Source: a virus
Lineage: Duplodnaviria > Caudoviricetes
Reading direction: 5' to 3' (one strand)
IMG/VR virus record: IMGVR_UViG_3300049846_001081
Length of the DNA: 64,000 nt
Shown here: one piece after another, positions 1-7,932 of the stretch
How positions within the stretch are numbered: position 1 is the stretch's first letter
How the letters are laid out: every line of letters begins with the position of its first letter
Program-made: the position numbers and the translations under genes
Notes under the pieces: model-generated
What the model saw: only the letters and a program-made list of their open reading frames with translations
Databases searched by the model: none
What the model was told of the DNA's origin: nothing

Positions 1-45
1 CTTCTGGAATATGTAAAGGCTTCTACTCCTGCAGTGGTTGTCTGA
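1..45 (+). CDS. 3' end of an upstream gene (…LLEYVKASTPAVVV*), product unknown
   Basis: Frame 1 is open from the window edge to TGA at 43-45 and is followed directly by a terminator. Confidence 0.4.
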   Translation, partial: LLEYVKASTPAVVV

Positions 46-50
46 TTTCT

Positions 51-75
51 TCCCCCGAAAGGGGGATTTTTTTTT
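51..75 (+). terminator. Intrinsic terminator
   Basis: TCCCCC-GAAA-GGGGGA hairpin followed by a T run. Confidence 0.9.
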
Positions 76-80
76 GGCTC

Positions 81-114
81 TTGACTCCTACGGGAAACCG
101 TAGTATGATAAATA
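81..114 (+). promoter_or_regulatory. psbA promoter: sigma70-type promoter overlapping a T4-type late promoter
   Basis: TTGACT(81-86)-17 nt-TATGAT(104-109), with ATAAATA at 108-114. Confidence 0.8.
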
Positions 115-204
115 GGTAAACAAATGTTACGAGATTTTAATCTTTCGTAATATTGAATCATGGAGAAAAGGGTCTAATCACCTCACCGAGGCTATCCATG
201 TAAA

Positions 205-282
205 ATACGCCTCTCATGTCTCAGTCTGAGGGTGACTGAGAAATAAGTACCTCCACCATTTCCCTGATGGACTTACTTACTT
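205..282 (+). ncRNA. Structured psbA 5' leader, probably a PhotoRC-II-type RNA motif
   Basis: Hairpin CTCAGTC/GACTGAG (220-240, loop TGAGGGT). Second stem TAAGTA..TCCACCA/TGATGGA..TACTTA (244-279, loop TTTCCC). The two loops are complementary (AGGG/CCCT). PhotoRC-II motifs are known upstream of cyanophage psbA. Family assignment is from memory. Confidence 0.65.
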
Positions 283-291
283 TTTAAACAA

Positions 292-1371
292 ATGACTGCT
301 TCAATCGCTCAACAACGACAATCGAATACTTGGGAACAGTTCTGCAACTGGGTTACTTCAACCGATAATCGTCTTTATGTCGGTTGGTTCGGAGTCCTCA
401 TGATTCCTTGCCTGCTTGCTGCTACCATCTGCTTCATCGTTGCCTTCATTGCCGCACCTCCTGTGGACATTGATGGTATCCGTGAACCCGTTGCTGGTTC
501 ACTCATGTACGGAAACAACATCATCTCTGGTGCTGTGGTTCCTTCGTCCAACGCTATTGGACTGCACTTTTACCCCATCTGGGAAGCTGCTTCCCTAGAT
601 GAGTGGCTTTACAACGGTGGTCCTTTCCAACTTGTTGTCTTCCACTTTCTGATTGGTATCTATGCTTATATGGGCCGTGAATGGGAACTTTCTTACCGAC
701 TCGGTATGCGTCCTTGGATTTGTGTTGCTTACAGCGCACCCGTTGCTGCTGCTAGCGCAGTGTTTCTGGTCTATCCCTTCGGTCAGGGATCCTTCTCTGA
801 TGCGATGCCTCTGGGGATTTCGGGAACTTTCAACTACATGCTTGTTTTCCAGGCAGAACACAACATTCTTATGCATCCTTTCCACATGCTGGGAGTTGCT
901 GGTGTCTTCGGTGGTTCTCTTTTCTCTGCTATGCATGGATCTCTTGTCACCTCTAGTCTTGTACGTGAGACGACAGAAAATGAGTCACAGAACTATGGAT
1001 ACAAGTTCGGACAAGAAGAAGAGACCTACAACATTGTAGCTGCTCACGGTTATTTCGGTCGTCTGATCTTCCAGTACGCATCGTTCAATAACTCACGTTC
1101 ACTGCACTTCTTCCTGGCTGCTTGGCCTGTAGTTGGTATCTGGTTCACTGCTCTTGGTGTTAGCACCATGGCATTCAACCTCAACGGTTTCAACTTCAAC
1201 CAGTCTATCATTGACTCTCAGGGTCGTGTGCTGAACACCTGGGCTGATGTTCTGAACCGTGCTGGTCTCGGGATGGAAGTAATGCACGAAAGAAACGCAC
1301 ACAACTTCCCATTGGACTTGGCTGCTGTTGAGAATACTCCTGTTGCTCTCACTGCACCTGCAATCGGTTGA
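292..1371 (+). CDS. psbA: Photosystem II D1 protein
   Basis: [28 protein letters not shown] and [16 protein letters not shown] motifs; 359 aa; uninterrupted. Confidence 0.99.
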   Translation: MTASIAQQRQSNTWEQFCNWVTSTDNRLYVGWFGVLMIPCLLAATICFIVAFIAAPPVDIDGIREPVAGSLMYGNNIISGAVVPSSNAIGLHFYPIWEAASLDEWLYNGGPFQLVVFHFLIGIYAYMGREWELSYRLGMRPWICVAYSAPVAAASAVFLVYPFGQGSFSDAMPLGISGTFNYMLVFQAEHNILMHPFHMLGVAGVFGGSLFSAMHGSLVTSSLVRETTENESQNYGYKFGQEEETYNIVAAHGYFGRLIFQYASFNNSRSLHFFLAAWPVVGIWFTALGVSTMAFNLNGFNFNQSIIDSQGRVLNTWADVLNRAGLGMEVMHERNAHNFPLDLAAVENTPVALTAPAIG

Positions 1372-1392
1372 TATAATATAAAACTTAAAACT

Positions 1393-1413
1393 GGGGTCTT
1401 CGGACCCCTTTTT
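1393..1413 (+). terminator. Intrinsic terminator between psbA and psbD
   Basis: GGGGTC-TTCG-GACCCC followed by TTTTT. Confidence 0.85.
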
Positions 1414-1429
1414 ATTTCGGAGGATATAA

Positions 1430-2491
1430 ATGGTTTCATCTACTTTACAACAACCAATTCAACAAAGGGGGTGGTTCGATGTTCTCGATGATTGGCTTAA
1501 GCGTGATAGGTTTGTTTTTGTCGGTTGGTCTGGCTTACTTTTATTCCCGACAGCTTATCTCGCTCTTGGCGGGTGGCTTACAGGAACCACCTTCGCTACC
1601 AGTTGGTACACCCATGGCATTGCGAGTTCATATCTTGAGGGGTGTAACTTTCTTACTGCTGCTGTATCTACTCCTGCTGATGCTCTCGGACATAGCCTTC
1701 TACTCCTTTGGGGTCCTGAAGCTCAGGGAGATTTCGTCCGCTGGATCCAACTTGGGGGACTCTGGACTTTTGTGGCGCTCCACGGGGCTTTCAGCTTAAT
1801 TGGATTTATGCTTCGCCAGTTTGAGATTGCTCGTCTGGTAGGCATCCGTCCTTATAATGCAATCGCATTCTCTGGACCGATTGCAGTATTTGTTTCTGTA
1901 TTCCTGATGTATCCACTGGGACAATCCAGTTGGTTTTTTGCACCTTCATTTGGTGTTGCTGCAATCTTCAGGTTCCTTCTGTTCCTACAAGGTTTCCACA
2001 ACTGGACCCTCAACCCCTTCCATATGATGGGAGTTGCTGGTATACTGGGAGGAGCACTGCTCTGTGCGATTCACGGAGCAACAGTAGAAAACACTCTATT
2101 TGAAGATAGTGATCAAGCAAACACTTTCAAAGCATTTGAACCTACACAGGAAGAAGAAACGTATTCAATGGTTACTGCAAACCGTTTCTGGTCGCAGATA
2201 TTTGGTATTGCTTTTAGTAACAAGCGTTGGTTGCATTTCTTCATGCTATTTGTTCCTGTCATGGGTCTGTGGACTTCCAGTATTGGTATCATTGGCCTTG
2301 CCCTTAATCTTCGTGCTTATGATTTTGTAAGTCAGGAAGTTAGGGCGGCAGAAGACCCTGAGTTTGAAACTTTTTATACGAAGAATATTCTTCTGAATGA
2401 AGGTCTACGTGCATGGATGGCACCCGTTGATCAACCGCATGAAAATTTTGTATTTCCTGAAGAGGTCTTGCCAAGAGGTAACGCTCTGTGA
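1430..2491 (+). CDS. psbD: Photosystem II D2 protein
   Basis: [31 protein letters not shown] and [10 protein letters not shown] motifs; SD GGAGG upstream. Confidence 0.99.
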   Translation: MVSSTLQQPIQQRGWFDVLDDWLKRDRFVFVGWSGLLLFPTAYLALGGWLTGTTFATSWYTHGIASSYLEGCNFLTAAVSTPADALGHSLLLLWGPEAQGDFVRWIQLGGLWTFVALHGAFSLIGFMLRQFEIARLVGIRPYNAIAFSGPIAVFVSVFLMYPLGQSSWFFAPSFGVAAIFRFLLFLQGFHNWTLNPFHMMGVAGILGGALLCAIHGATVENTLFEDSDQANTFKAFEPTQEEETYSMVTANRFWSQIFGIAFSNKRWLHFFMLFVPVMGLWTSSIGIIGLALNLRAYDFVSQEVRAAEDPEFETFYTKNILLNEGLRAWMAPVDQPHENFVFPEEVLPRGNAL

Positions 2492-2497
2492 TATGCT

Positions 2498-2520
2498 AGG
2501 AGGGGAAACCCTCCTTTTTT
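2498..2520 (+). terminator. Intrinsic terminator after psbD
   Basis: AGGAGGG-GAAA-CCCTCCT followed by TTTTT. Confidence 0.9.
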
Positions 2521-2521
2521 A

Positions 2522-2680
2522 ATGATCAGTTCGGAGACACCATACAAGTTGGCAGAGATTATCAGAGATACTTGGCCAAACATTTATAGACCATCTAAAC
2601 AAAATAATAAAAAAGATGAACGAATATTGGGAAGTATTAAATCCCTTGGGGAAGAAAATTGCCAACACGGGAACTATTGA
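2522..2680 (+). CDS. Small hypothetical protein (52 aa, MISSETPYKLAEIIRDTWP…), not in the ORF track
   Basis: Translated by hand. The N-terminus resembles small cyanomyophage ORFs as recalled. It overlaps the next ORF. Confidence 0.5.
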   Translation: MISSETPYKLAEIIRDTWPNIYRPSKQNNKKDERILGSIKSLGEENCQHGNY

Positions 2681-2897
2681 TGATGCTATTAGACTATGTG
2701 AAATGCGTGGTCATGGACATACATATCGTCAAGTTAAGTTCATTATGGATCAGGTCATAGATATAACTTCTACAACAGACAAACAACTCCCTGGACAACA
2801 AGGATTGCCTGCAACAAAAGAAGAACTTCCACCGATAGAACTTCAACAACAAGTGAGGCTTCCTGAAGGTAAAGGAATTCCAGTTAACGCTAAATAA
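2616..2897 (+). CDS. Hypothetical protein
   Basis: 93 aa ORF within a tightly packed + strand run. Confidence 0.65.
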   Translation: MNEYWEVLNPLGKKIANTGTIDDAIRLCEMRGHGHTYRQVKFIMDQVIDITSTTDKQLPGQQGLPATKEELPPIELQQQVRLPEGKGIPVNAK

Positions 2898-2917
2898 CTT
2901 TCAGTTTATAAAAAATT

Positions 2918-3154
2918 ATGAAGTTTACAGTTTATTCAAAAGACGGTTGCCCATATTGCACAAAGGTTCAGCAGGTGCTAGAGTTAGCAGAACTACAGCA
3001 TGTAGTTTATAAATTGAATAGAGATTTTACTCGTGAAGAGTTTTATGCTGAATTTGGTGATGGATCTACATTTCCTCAAGTCATTGTAAATGATAAACAC
3101 ATTGGTGGATGCACCGATACTGTACAATATCTCAAGGAACAGAATCTAGTTTAA
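2918..3154 (+). CDS. nrdC: Glutaredoxin (NrdC-like)
   Basis: CPYC active site, TFPQV and IGGCTD motifs; 78 aa. Confidence 0.93.
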   Translation: MKFTVYSKDGCPYCTKVQQVLELAELQHVVYKLNRDFTREEFYAEFGDGSTFPQVIVNDKHIGGCTDTVQYLKEQNLV

Positions 3155-3513
3155 TGAATACTAACTTTCACGAAGTATATGGTGATGTTGAGAAAGCAAT
3201 TGACTATGCTTTCAAGGGACAATTTGTTTTAAAGTTTTATGATTACTTGAAAATTCGTGGTACAAAAAAACATGAAGTTGAAGAGTTTATTGAAAGCACA
3301 ACTGCAAGCGAAATCAACAATCTTATAATGGACCTTGATGATTATCTAGAAGGTGGCGCTGATGAGATACATAAACAACTTCGTGAAGGCTATGGGCATA
3401 TTCCAAAACCCGATGCAAGAAAAATTAGAAATTATTTGTATGGCATTCTAGAAGATGCCTCAAAATATAGTCATGATAAACGACCAGGAAGAAGAAAAAA
3501 GGAAACTAAATAA
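3154..3513 (+). CDS. Conserved cyanomyophage hypothetical protein
   Basis: ATG at 3154 overlaps the glutaredoxin stop; LREGYGHIPKP motif. Confidence 0.75.
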   Translation: MNTNFHEVYGDVEKAIDYAFKGQFVLKFYDYLKIRGTKKHEVEEFIESTTASEINNLIMDLDDYLEGGADEIHKQLREGYGHIPKPDARKIRNYLYGILEDASKYSHDKRPGRRKKETK

Positions 3514-3679
3514 GTCAGAACCCCAGATTAATAGGGGTGTTGAGTTATTACTACGCAATAGGAGGAGAAGATCAGAAAGACCAAAAACTTTTCAAGTGAA
3601 GTTTGGTAAAATGATCACTCTCTTCCGCCGAGAGTTTCATTTCTTTATTGAATTTCACTTTGATGTTAGGAAAAAATAA
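3455..3679 (+). CDS. Hypothetical basic protein (start uncertain)
   Basis: NRGVELLLRNRRR motif; fills the gap between neighbours. Confidence 0.6.
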   Translation: MPQNIVMINDQEEEKRKLNKSEPQINRGVELLLRNRRRRSERPKTFQVKFGKMITLFRREFHFFIEFHFDVRKK

Positions 3680-3697
3680 ACTCTCTGGAGAAAAAAA

Positions 3698-3919
3698 ATG
3701 CTAGCAGTAACTCTGACCATAGGAACATTGGTCTCAATTATGTTCTTTTTTGTAGGGGGTGTGGTAGGATGGTTAGCAAAAGAACATTTCTACCAAACTT
3801 CTCCAGTTTATACACACCCAGAGATGTTTGATCAAAATGGAAATGTAATTCCAGACGAAATTTTAGCAGTGAGATTTGAAAATGACTACGACTACGAAGA
3901 CGAAGAAGACGACGACTGA
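3698..3919 (+). CDS. Small membrane protein with acidic tail
   Basis: One N-terminal hydrophobic helix, HPEMFD motif, D/E-rich C-terminus; SD GGAGA. Confidence 0.75.
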   Translation: MLAVTLTIGTLVSIMFFFVGGVVGWLAKEHFYQTSPVYTHPEMFDQNGNVIPDEILAVRFENDYDYEDEEDDD

Positions 3920-4454
3920 AACACCAATTGAAAGTCTTCCCACAAACCCTTTTGTTTTTGAAATTTTAGAACTAGCTTCAAAGCAAAGAAGTAATGCAAA
4001 AAAAGTGGAAGTTCTAAAAACTTATGAACATGATTCATTAAAGTCTATTTTTATTTGGAACTTTGATGAATCAATCATTAGTCTTCTTCCCGAAGGCGAA
4101 GTTCCTTATGGAAATGCTGATGAACAATCTGTGTATGCAGGGAGTCTTTCAGAAAATCTTGCGAAAGAAGCAGCTGGTGGAGTTTCCGCAACAGGTCAAG
4201 ATCTAGATGGTCGCGGTCGCACATCGCTTCGTAGAGAATATCAAAATCTTTACCATTATGTGAAAGGTGGTAATGATAGTTTGACTTCTATTCGTAGGGA
4301 AATGATGTTTATCAACCTTCTACGTGGACTTCATCCGAGAGAAGCTGAAGTATTAATTCTTACTAAGGATAAAAAACTTTCCACTAAATACAAAATAAGT
4401 CATGAAAATGTAAAAGAGGCATACCCCGATATTCAGTGGGGTGGTCGTGCATGA
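3876..4454 (+). CDS. Conserved T4-like phage hypothetical protein (DUF6433-like)
   Basis: LPEGEVPY and REMMFINLLRGLHPREAEVL motifs. Confidence 0.7.
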   Translation: MKMTTTTKTKKTTTETPIESLPTNPFVFEILELASKQRSNAKKVEVLKTYEHDSLKSIFIWNFDESIISLLPEGEVPYGNADEQSVYAGSLSENLAKEAAGGVSATGQDLDGRGRTSLRREYQNLYHYVKGGNDSLTSIRREMMFINLLRGLHPREAEVLILTKDKKLSTKYKISHENVKEAYPDIQWGGRA

Positions 4455-4786
4455 CTGTTGCAACTGATATGGAGAAGGATATGGCAGAATATGGAAAAGA
4501 AGAAAGAACTGTTCTGCCCAGCACTTATGGATGTGAAATTATTCTAGAAAAAACAACACTTGCAAAAGCAAAAGACACATCTTTTCCAAATGATGCATAC
4601 CTAGTTTGGTATACATTAAATGGAGAGAAATGTGTTGATTTGGTAAGAGGGACCAGAGTTCGTATCTTTGATATGTACTATGATAGATTTGGTCCTGGTG
4701 TAATTCAAAAAATTGATTTTGGATATGGAAGAACAAATCCCAAATTGTGGGGAATAAAACAACCTGAGAAAAAGAAAAGAAAATGA
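4451..4786 (+). CDS. Hypothetical protein
   Basis: ATGA overlap with the previous stop; DFGYGRTNPKLWG motif. Confidence 0.7.
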   Translation: MTVATDMEKDMAEYGKEERTVLPSTYGCEIILEKTTLAKAKDTSFPNDAYLVWYTLNGEKCVDLVRGTRVRIFDMYYDRFGPGVIQKIDFGYGRTNPKLWGIKQPEKKKRK

Positions 4787-5001
4787 GTGCCGGATTCAAA
4801 GGGGACATTACTCCCAAAAAAGACAAAGAATTGAGATTGTATATTAGAAATAGAGAAGTAGATAAAATAATTAAACAATATAAAAATTTTAAAAAATATC
4901 AAAAATCTTCTATTTTTGAGATTGAAAAATTATCTGGAAAAGAAACAAAGATAGACAAATTAATTAACGAATATGGGATAGATCCTGAAGCAATTGAATA
5001 A
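4783..5001 (+). CDS. Hypothetical protein
   Basis: 72 aa ORF with overlapping start/stop on both sides. Confidence 0.65.
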   Translation: MSAGFKGDITPKKDKELRLYIRNREVDKIIKQYKNFKKYQKSSIFEIEKLSGKETKIDKLINEYGIDPEAIE

Positions 5002-5327
5002 TGGGAAAGCATTACTTACTTAACTTATATGGATGCTCGTTTGTCCTTTTGGACGACGAGCGTTGTCTTATTGATCTATTAGAAAACGCAGCAGTTGCTA
5101 GTGGAGCTACAGTAGTTCAGACTATCTCAAAAAAGTTTGAACCACAAGGCGTAACTGTGATTTGCTTGTTATCTGAAAGTCATATTAGCATTCATACATG
5201 GCCTGAGGAAGGTAAGGCGGCTGTGGATGTTTATACTTGCGGAGACTGTAATCCGAAGATTGGGTGTGATATTATTATCCAACAACTTTATGCTACTAAT
5301 CATACGTTAAGTTATATTGAACGGTAA
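5001..5327 (+). CDS. speD: S-adenosylmethionine decarboxylase proenzyme
   Basis: LLSESHISIHTWPE self-cleavage motif and DVYTCG motif. Confidence 0.95.
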   Translation: MGKHYLLNLYGCSFVLLDDERCLIDLLENAAVASGATVVQTISKKFEPQGVTVICLLSESHISIHTWPEEGKAAVDVYTCGDCNPKIGCDIIIQQLYATNHTLSYIER

Positions 5328-5337
5328 CAAATGTTAC
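5324..5337. promoter_or_regulatory. Candidate NtcA-binding site
   Basis: GTA-ACAAATGT-TAC matches GTA-N8-TAC, is nearly palindromic, and lies 8 nt upstream of a -35 box. Confidence 0.5.
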
Positions 5338-5345
5338 AAAAGTGC

Positions 5346-5375
5346 TTGTCTATATAGTGTAACTAGAGGTATAAT
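5346..5375 (+). promoter_or_regulatory. Sigma70-type promoter for the riboswitch/DUF4278 unit
   Basis: TTGTCT(5346-5351)-18 nt-TATAAT(5370-5375). Confidence 0.6.
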
Positions 5376-5385
5376 AATCCTCTAA

Positions 5386-5685
5386 CGTTCATCCTATGAC
5401 TAAAGCACTTTTGCTTTTAGCATGGGTTCCACTTCTCTCTGTTTCAGCGCCACATGTTATTGCTACTTCTCAAGTATCAGTCACTTGTGACACCGCGATG
5501 GAACTAATGGACATCGTTAAAAACGACGATGTAGTAATTCAAAGAGTAGAAGACCGATTGCTATTAGAACTCCGAAAGGATTTCATAAAAGTGTGTAACT
5601 GAATAGGACGGAAGTAAGCCGACGCGGAACGGATCGTTCATTCGCTATTCGCAAATAGCGAACGCAAACGCCGACTGAAGGAACG
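5386..5685 (+). ncRNA. Glutamine riboswitch region (glnA / Downstream-peptide type)
   Basis: P1 strands CGTTC (5386, 5635) and GAACG (5627, 5681). Junction CGGAAGTAA at 5609-5617 and TGAAG at 5676-5680. Hairpin TTCGCTATT/AATAGCGAA at 5641-5662. A DUF4278-type ORF follows. Confidence 0.75.
5396..5602 (+). CDS. Hypothetical 68 aa protein with hydrophobic N-terminus, nested in the riboswitch
   Basis: The ORF is bounded by the complementary TCCTAT (5392-5397) and ATAGGA (5603-5608). Confidence 0.6.
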   Translation: MTKALLLLAWVPLLSVSAPHVIATSQVSVTCDTAMELMDIVKNDDVVIQRVEDRLLLELRKDFIKVCN

Positions 5686-5717
5686 CTCTTTAACCTAAAA
5701 AACTAAGGAGAACCCTA

Positions 5718-5855
5718 ATGTCTAAAGTCGTATATCGTGGTGTTGAGTATGACACTGAAAAGCGTCTTCAATACCAACAACAGATGATGCAACAACCTCA
5801 ACAATACAACGAAACCTATCGTGGTGTTAAGTTTGTAAAGGAGGGGCACAAATGA
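5718..5855 (+). CDS. DUF4278-family peptide (45 aa, IF17/GifB N-terminal-like), not in the ORF track
   Basis: MSKVVYRGVEYD…ETYRGVKF contains two YRGV motifs; SD AAGGAG; lies downstream of the glutamine aptamer. Confidence 0.8.
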   Translation: MSKVVYRGVEYDTEKRLQYQQQMMQQPQQYNETYRGVKFVKEGHK

Positions 5856-5953
5856 ATACTTACTTCGTTCGTTATCTTAAGAGGAAAGCAAAGAAGGAAA
5901 AACTCCTTCATAACGCACAACTGAATATGGCAAAGCAACCACAAGTTGCTTGA
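5852..5953 (+). CDS. Small basic peptide (33 aa, MNTYFVRYLKRKAKKEKLLHNAQLNMAKQPQVA), not in the ORF track
   Basis: ATGA overlap with the DUF4278 stop, SD GGAGG upstream, terminator directly after. Confidence 0.6.
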   Translation: MNTYFVRYLKRKAKKEKLLHNAQLNMAKQPQVA

Positions 5954-5957
5954 TTTT

Positions 5958-5994
5958 AAGAGGGGTTGACTACCCCTCTTTTTTTGTGTATAAT
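5958..5994 (+). terminator. Intrinsic terminator overlapping the next sigma70 promoter
   Basis: AAGAGGGG-TTGACTA-CCCCTCTT followed by a T run. The loop TTGACT (5966-5971) sits 17 nt before TATAAT (5989-5994). Confidence 0.85.
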
Positions 5995-6017
5995 TACCTT
6001 TGTCAGGGTTGATAAAA

Positions 6018-6197
6018 ATGGATAAAGAAAAGCTTAAGCTAATTGTCAGAAACCTTGAGTCTCTGGTAGAATGTTTAAAGTCAGAGATTTATTCTGACGT
6101 GGATGCTTATAAACAAGAACCACAATACGAAGAAATTGCCCCTTACCTAACTGATTACGACGAAGTATTTTATGACGACGATGGATATCCCGACTGA
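6018..6197 (+). CDS. Hypothetical acidic protein
   Basis: MDKEKLKLIVRNL…YDEVFYDDD; start placed at ATG 6018. Confidence 0.65.
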   Translation: MDKEKLKLIVRNLESLVECLKSEIYSDVDAYKQEPQYEEIAPYLTDYDEVFYDDDGYPD

Positions 6198-6897
6198 TTT
6201 TGAGTTCATGAAACCAGAAGTAAAACTCATTAGTGTTACTCCCGATGCTGAAAAACATATGGCATATTGTGCTCGGGTAAGTAACCCTTCAAATCAAGAG
6301 AATGAAAAGTTCTCCGGACTTCTTAAATATTGTATTCAGCATCAACACTGGAGTATTTTTGAGCAAGCCAGTATGACTGTTGAGATTAATACAACTCGTG
6401 GTCTGGCAGCTCAAATTCTTCGCCATAGGTCTTTTACATATCAAGAATTTTCACAACGATATGCTGATGCAAATCTATTGAATAAAACTATTCCTCTTCC
6501 TGAATTACGTAGGCAGGATACAAAGAATCGTCAGAACTCCATTGATGATATTCCCGACTATTTAAAGTTAACACTAACAGAAGACATTCGTGTTCATTTT
6601 GAGCATGGTTTACGCCTCTACAACCGCCTTCTGGAGAAAGGAGTGGCAAAGGAGTGTGCAAGGTTTGTATTGCCCCTGGCAACGCCCACAAGACTCTATA
6701 TGACCGGTTCTGTGCGTTCTTGGATCCATTACATTGATCTACGGTCTGCACACGGCACACAGAAAGAACATATGGAGATTGCTGAACTCGTTCGTTGTAT
6801 CTTTACTTGTCAGTTCCCTGCAGTATCTGAAGCACTTGGTTGGAAACGAGATGGTTGTTCTGAGTGTAATGATGCACCCTCTATCACTATTGAATAA
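6181..6897 (+). CDS. thyX: Flavin-dependent thymidylate synthase
   Basis: RHRSFTYQEFSQRY signature, HWSIFE and ARFVLP motifs. Confidence 0.96.
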   Translation: MDIPTDFEFMKPEVKLISVTPDAEKHMAYCARVSNPSNQENEKFSGLLKYCIQHQHWSIFEQASMTVEINTTRGLAAQILRHRSFTYQEFSQRYADANLLNKTIPLPELRRQDTKNRQNSIDDIPDYLKLTLTEDIRVHFEHGLRLYNRLLEKGVAKECARFVLPLATPTRLYMTGSVRSWIHYIDLRSAHGTQKEHMEIAELVRCIFTCQFPAVSEALGWKRDGCSECNDAPSITIE

Positions 6898-6922
6898 ATA
6901 CTCCTATATTTTTATGTAACTT

Positions 6923-7171
6923 ATGGCGACGTACCCTGTTATTAATAAACAAACTGGTGAACAAAAAGAAGTGACAATGAGTGTTCACGACTGGGACCAG
7001 TGGAAAAAAGATAATCCAGACTGGGATAGAGATTGGTCAGATCCATCAACATGTCCAAATGCAGCAGAAGTTGGTGAGATTTATGATCGTCTTAAAAAGT
7101 CGCATCCTGGATGGAATGATGTGCTACACAAAGCTTCAAAAGCACCTGGATCAAAAGTAAAACCAATCTGA
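6923..7171 (+). CDS. Conserved hypothetical protein
   Basis: MATYPV…HPGWNDVL; late promoter ATAAATA at 6894-6900. Confidence 0.75.
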   Translation: MATYPVINKQTGEQKEVTMSVHDWDQWKKDNPDWDRDWSDPSTCPNAAEVGEIYDRLKKSHPGWNDVLHKASKAPGSKVKPI

Positions 7172-7176
7172 TTATT

Positions 7177-7932
7177 ATGCCTGCTAAAAGAAATACTCCG
7201 AAGTCACCTGTTCCATTTGGTATGAGTAACCGTCAAATGAAACGCAAGAAACCAATTAATCTTGATATCATGCGGACTATTGAACCGCTAACTGAAAATC
7301 AAGAGCAGTTTTTTAAAGATTATAAGCAAGATCAAAACATCGTTGCATATGGCTGTGCTGGAACAGGTAAAACTTTCATCGCACTTTACAATGCATTGAA
7401 AGATGTATTGGATGAAAGATCTCCATATGATAAGATTTATATTGTCCGTTCTCTGGTAGCAACAAGAGAAATTGGATTTCTTCCTGGAGACCATGAAGAT
7501 AAATCTTCACTTTATCAAATTCCTTATAAGAATATGGTGAAGTATATGTTTGAGATGCCTGATGATGCATCATTTGAAATGCTCTACGGAAATCTCAAAA
7601 CTCAAGGAACAATTAGTTTTTGGAGCACTTCTTTTATTCGTGGAACAACACTTGATAATGCAATCATTATTGTTGATGAATTCCAGAACTTGAATTTCCA
7701 CGAACTTGATTCTATCATCACTCGTGTTGGTGAAAACTCTAAGATTCTTTTCTGTGGTGATGCTACTCAGTCAGACTTAGTGAAGACAAATGAGAAGAAT
7801 GGTATTATTGACTTCATGAGAATTCTTCGGATCATGCCGTCGTTTAATGTCATTGAGTTTGGTGCAGAAGATATTGTTCGTTCTGGACTCGTTAAGGAAT
7901 ATATTCTTGCAAAACTGGAACTGAACATATGA
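7177..7932 (+). CDS. phoH: PhoH-family ATPase
   Basis: GCAGTGKT Walker A, RGTTLDNAIIIVDEFQN and GDATQSDL motifs. Confidence 0.95.
   Translation: MPAKRNTPKSPVPFGMSNRQMKRKKPINLDIMRTIEPLTENQEQFFKDYKQDQNIVAYGCAGTGKTFIALYNALKDVLDERSPYDKIYIVRSLVATREIGFLPGDHEDKSSLYQIPYKNMVKYMFEMPDDASFEMLYGNLKTQGTISFWSTSFIRGTTLDNAIIIVDEFQNLNFHELDSIITRVGENSKILFCGDATQSDLVKTNEKNGIIDFMRILRIMPSFNVIEFGAEDIVRSGLVKEYILAKLELNI

Noticed and set aside
116-130. Canonical NtcA box at the psbA promoter
   Set aside because: Spacing is GTA-N9-TAC, not N8. Kept only as part of the shared 12-mer finding.
416-2330. Alternative-frame and antisense ORFs over psbA/psbD (416, 554, 595, 653, 1099, 1218, 1479, 2100)
   Set aside because: They lie on highly conserved genes and have no independent signals.
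292-2491. Group I intron or homing endonuclease in or between psbA and psbD
   Set aside because: Both ORFs are full length and uninterrupted, and the spacer is only 58 nt.
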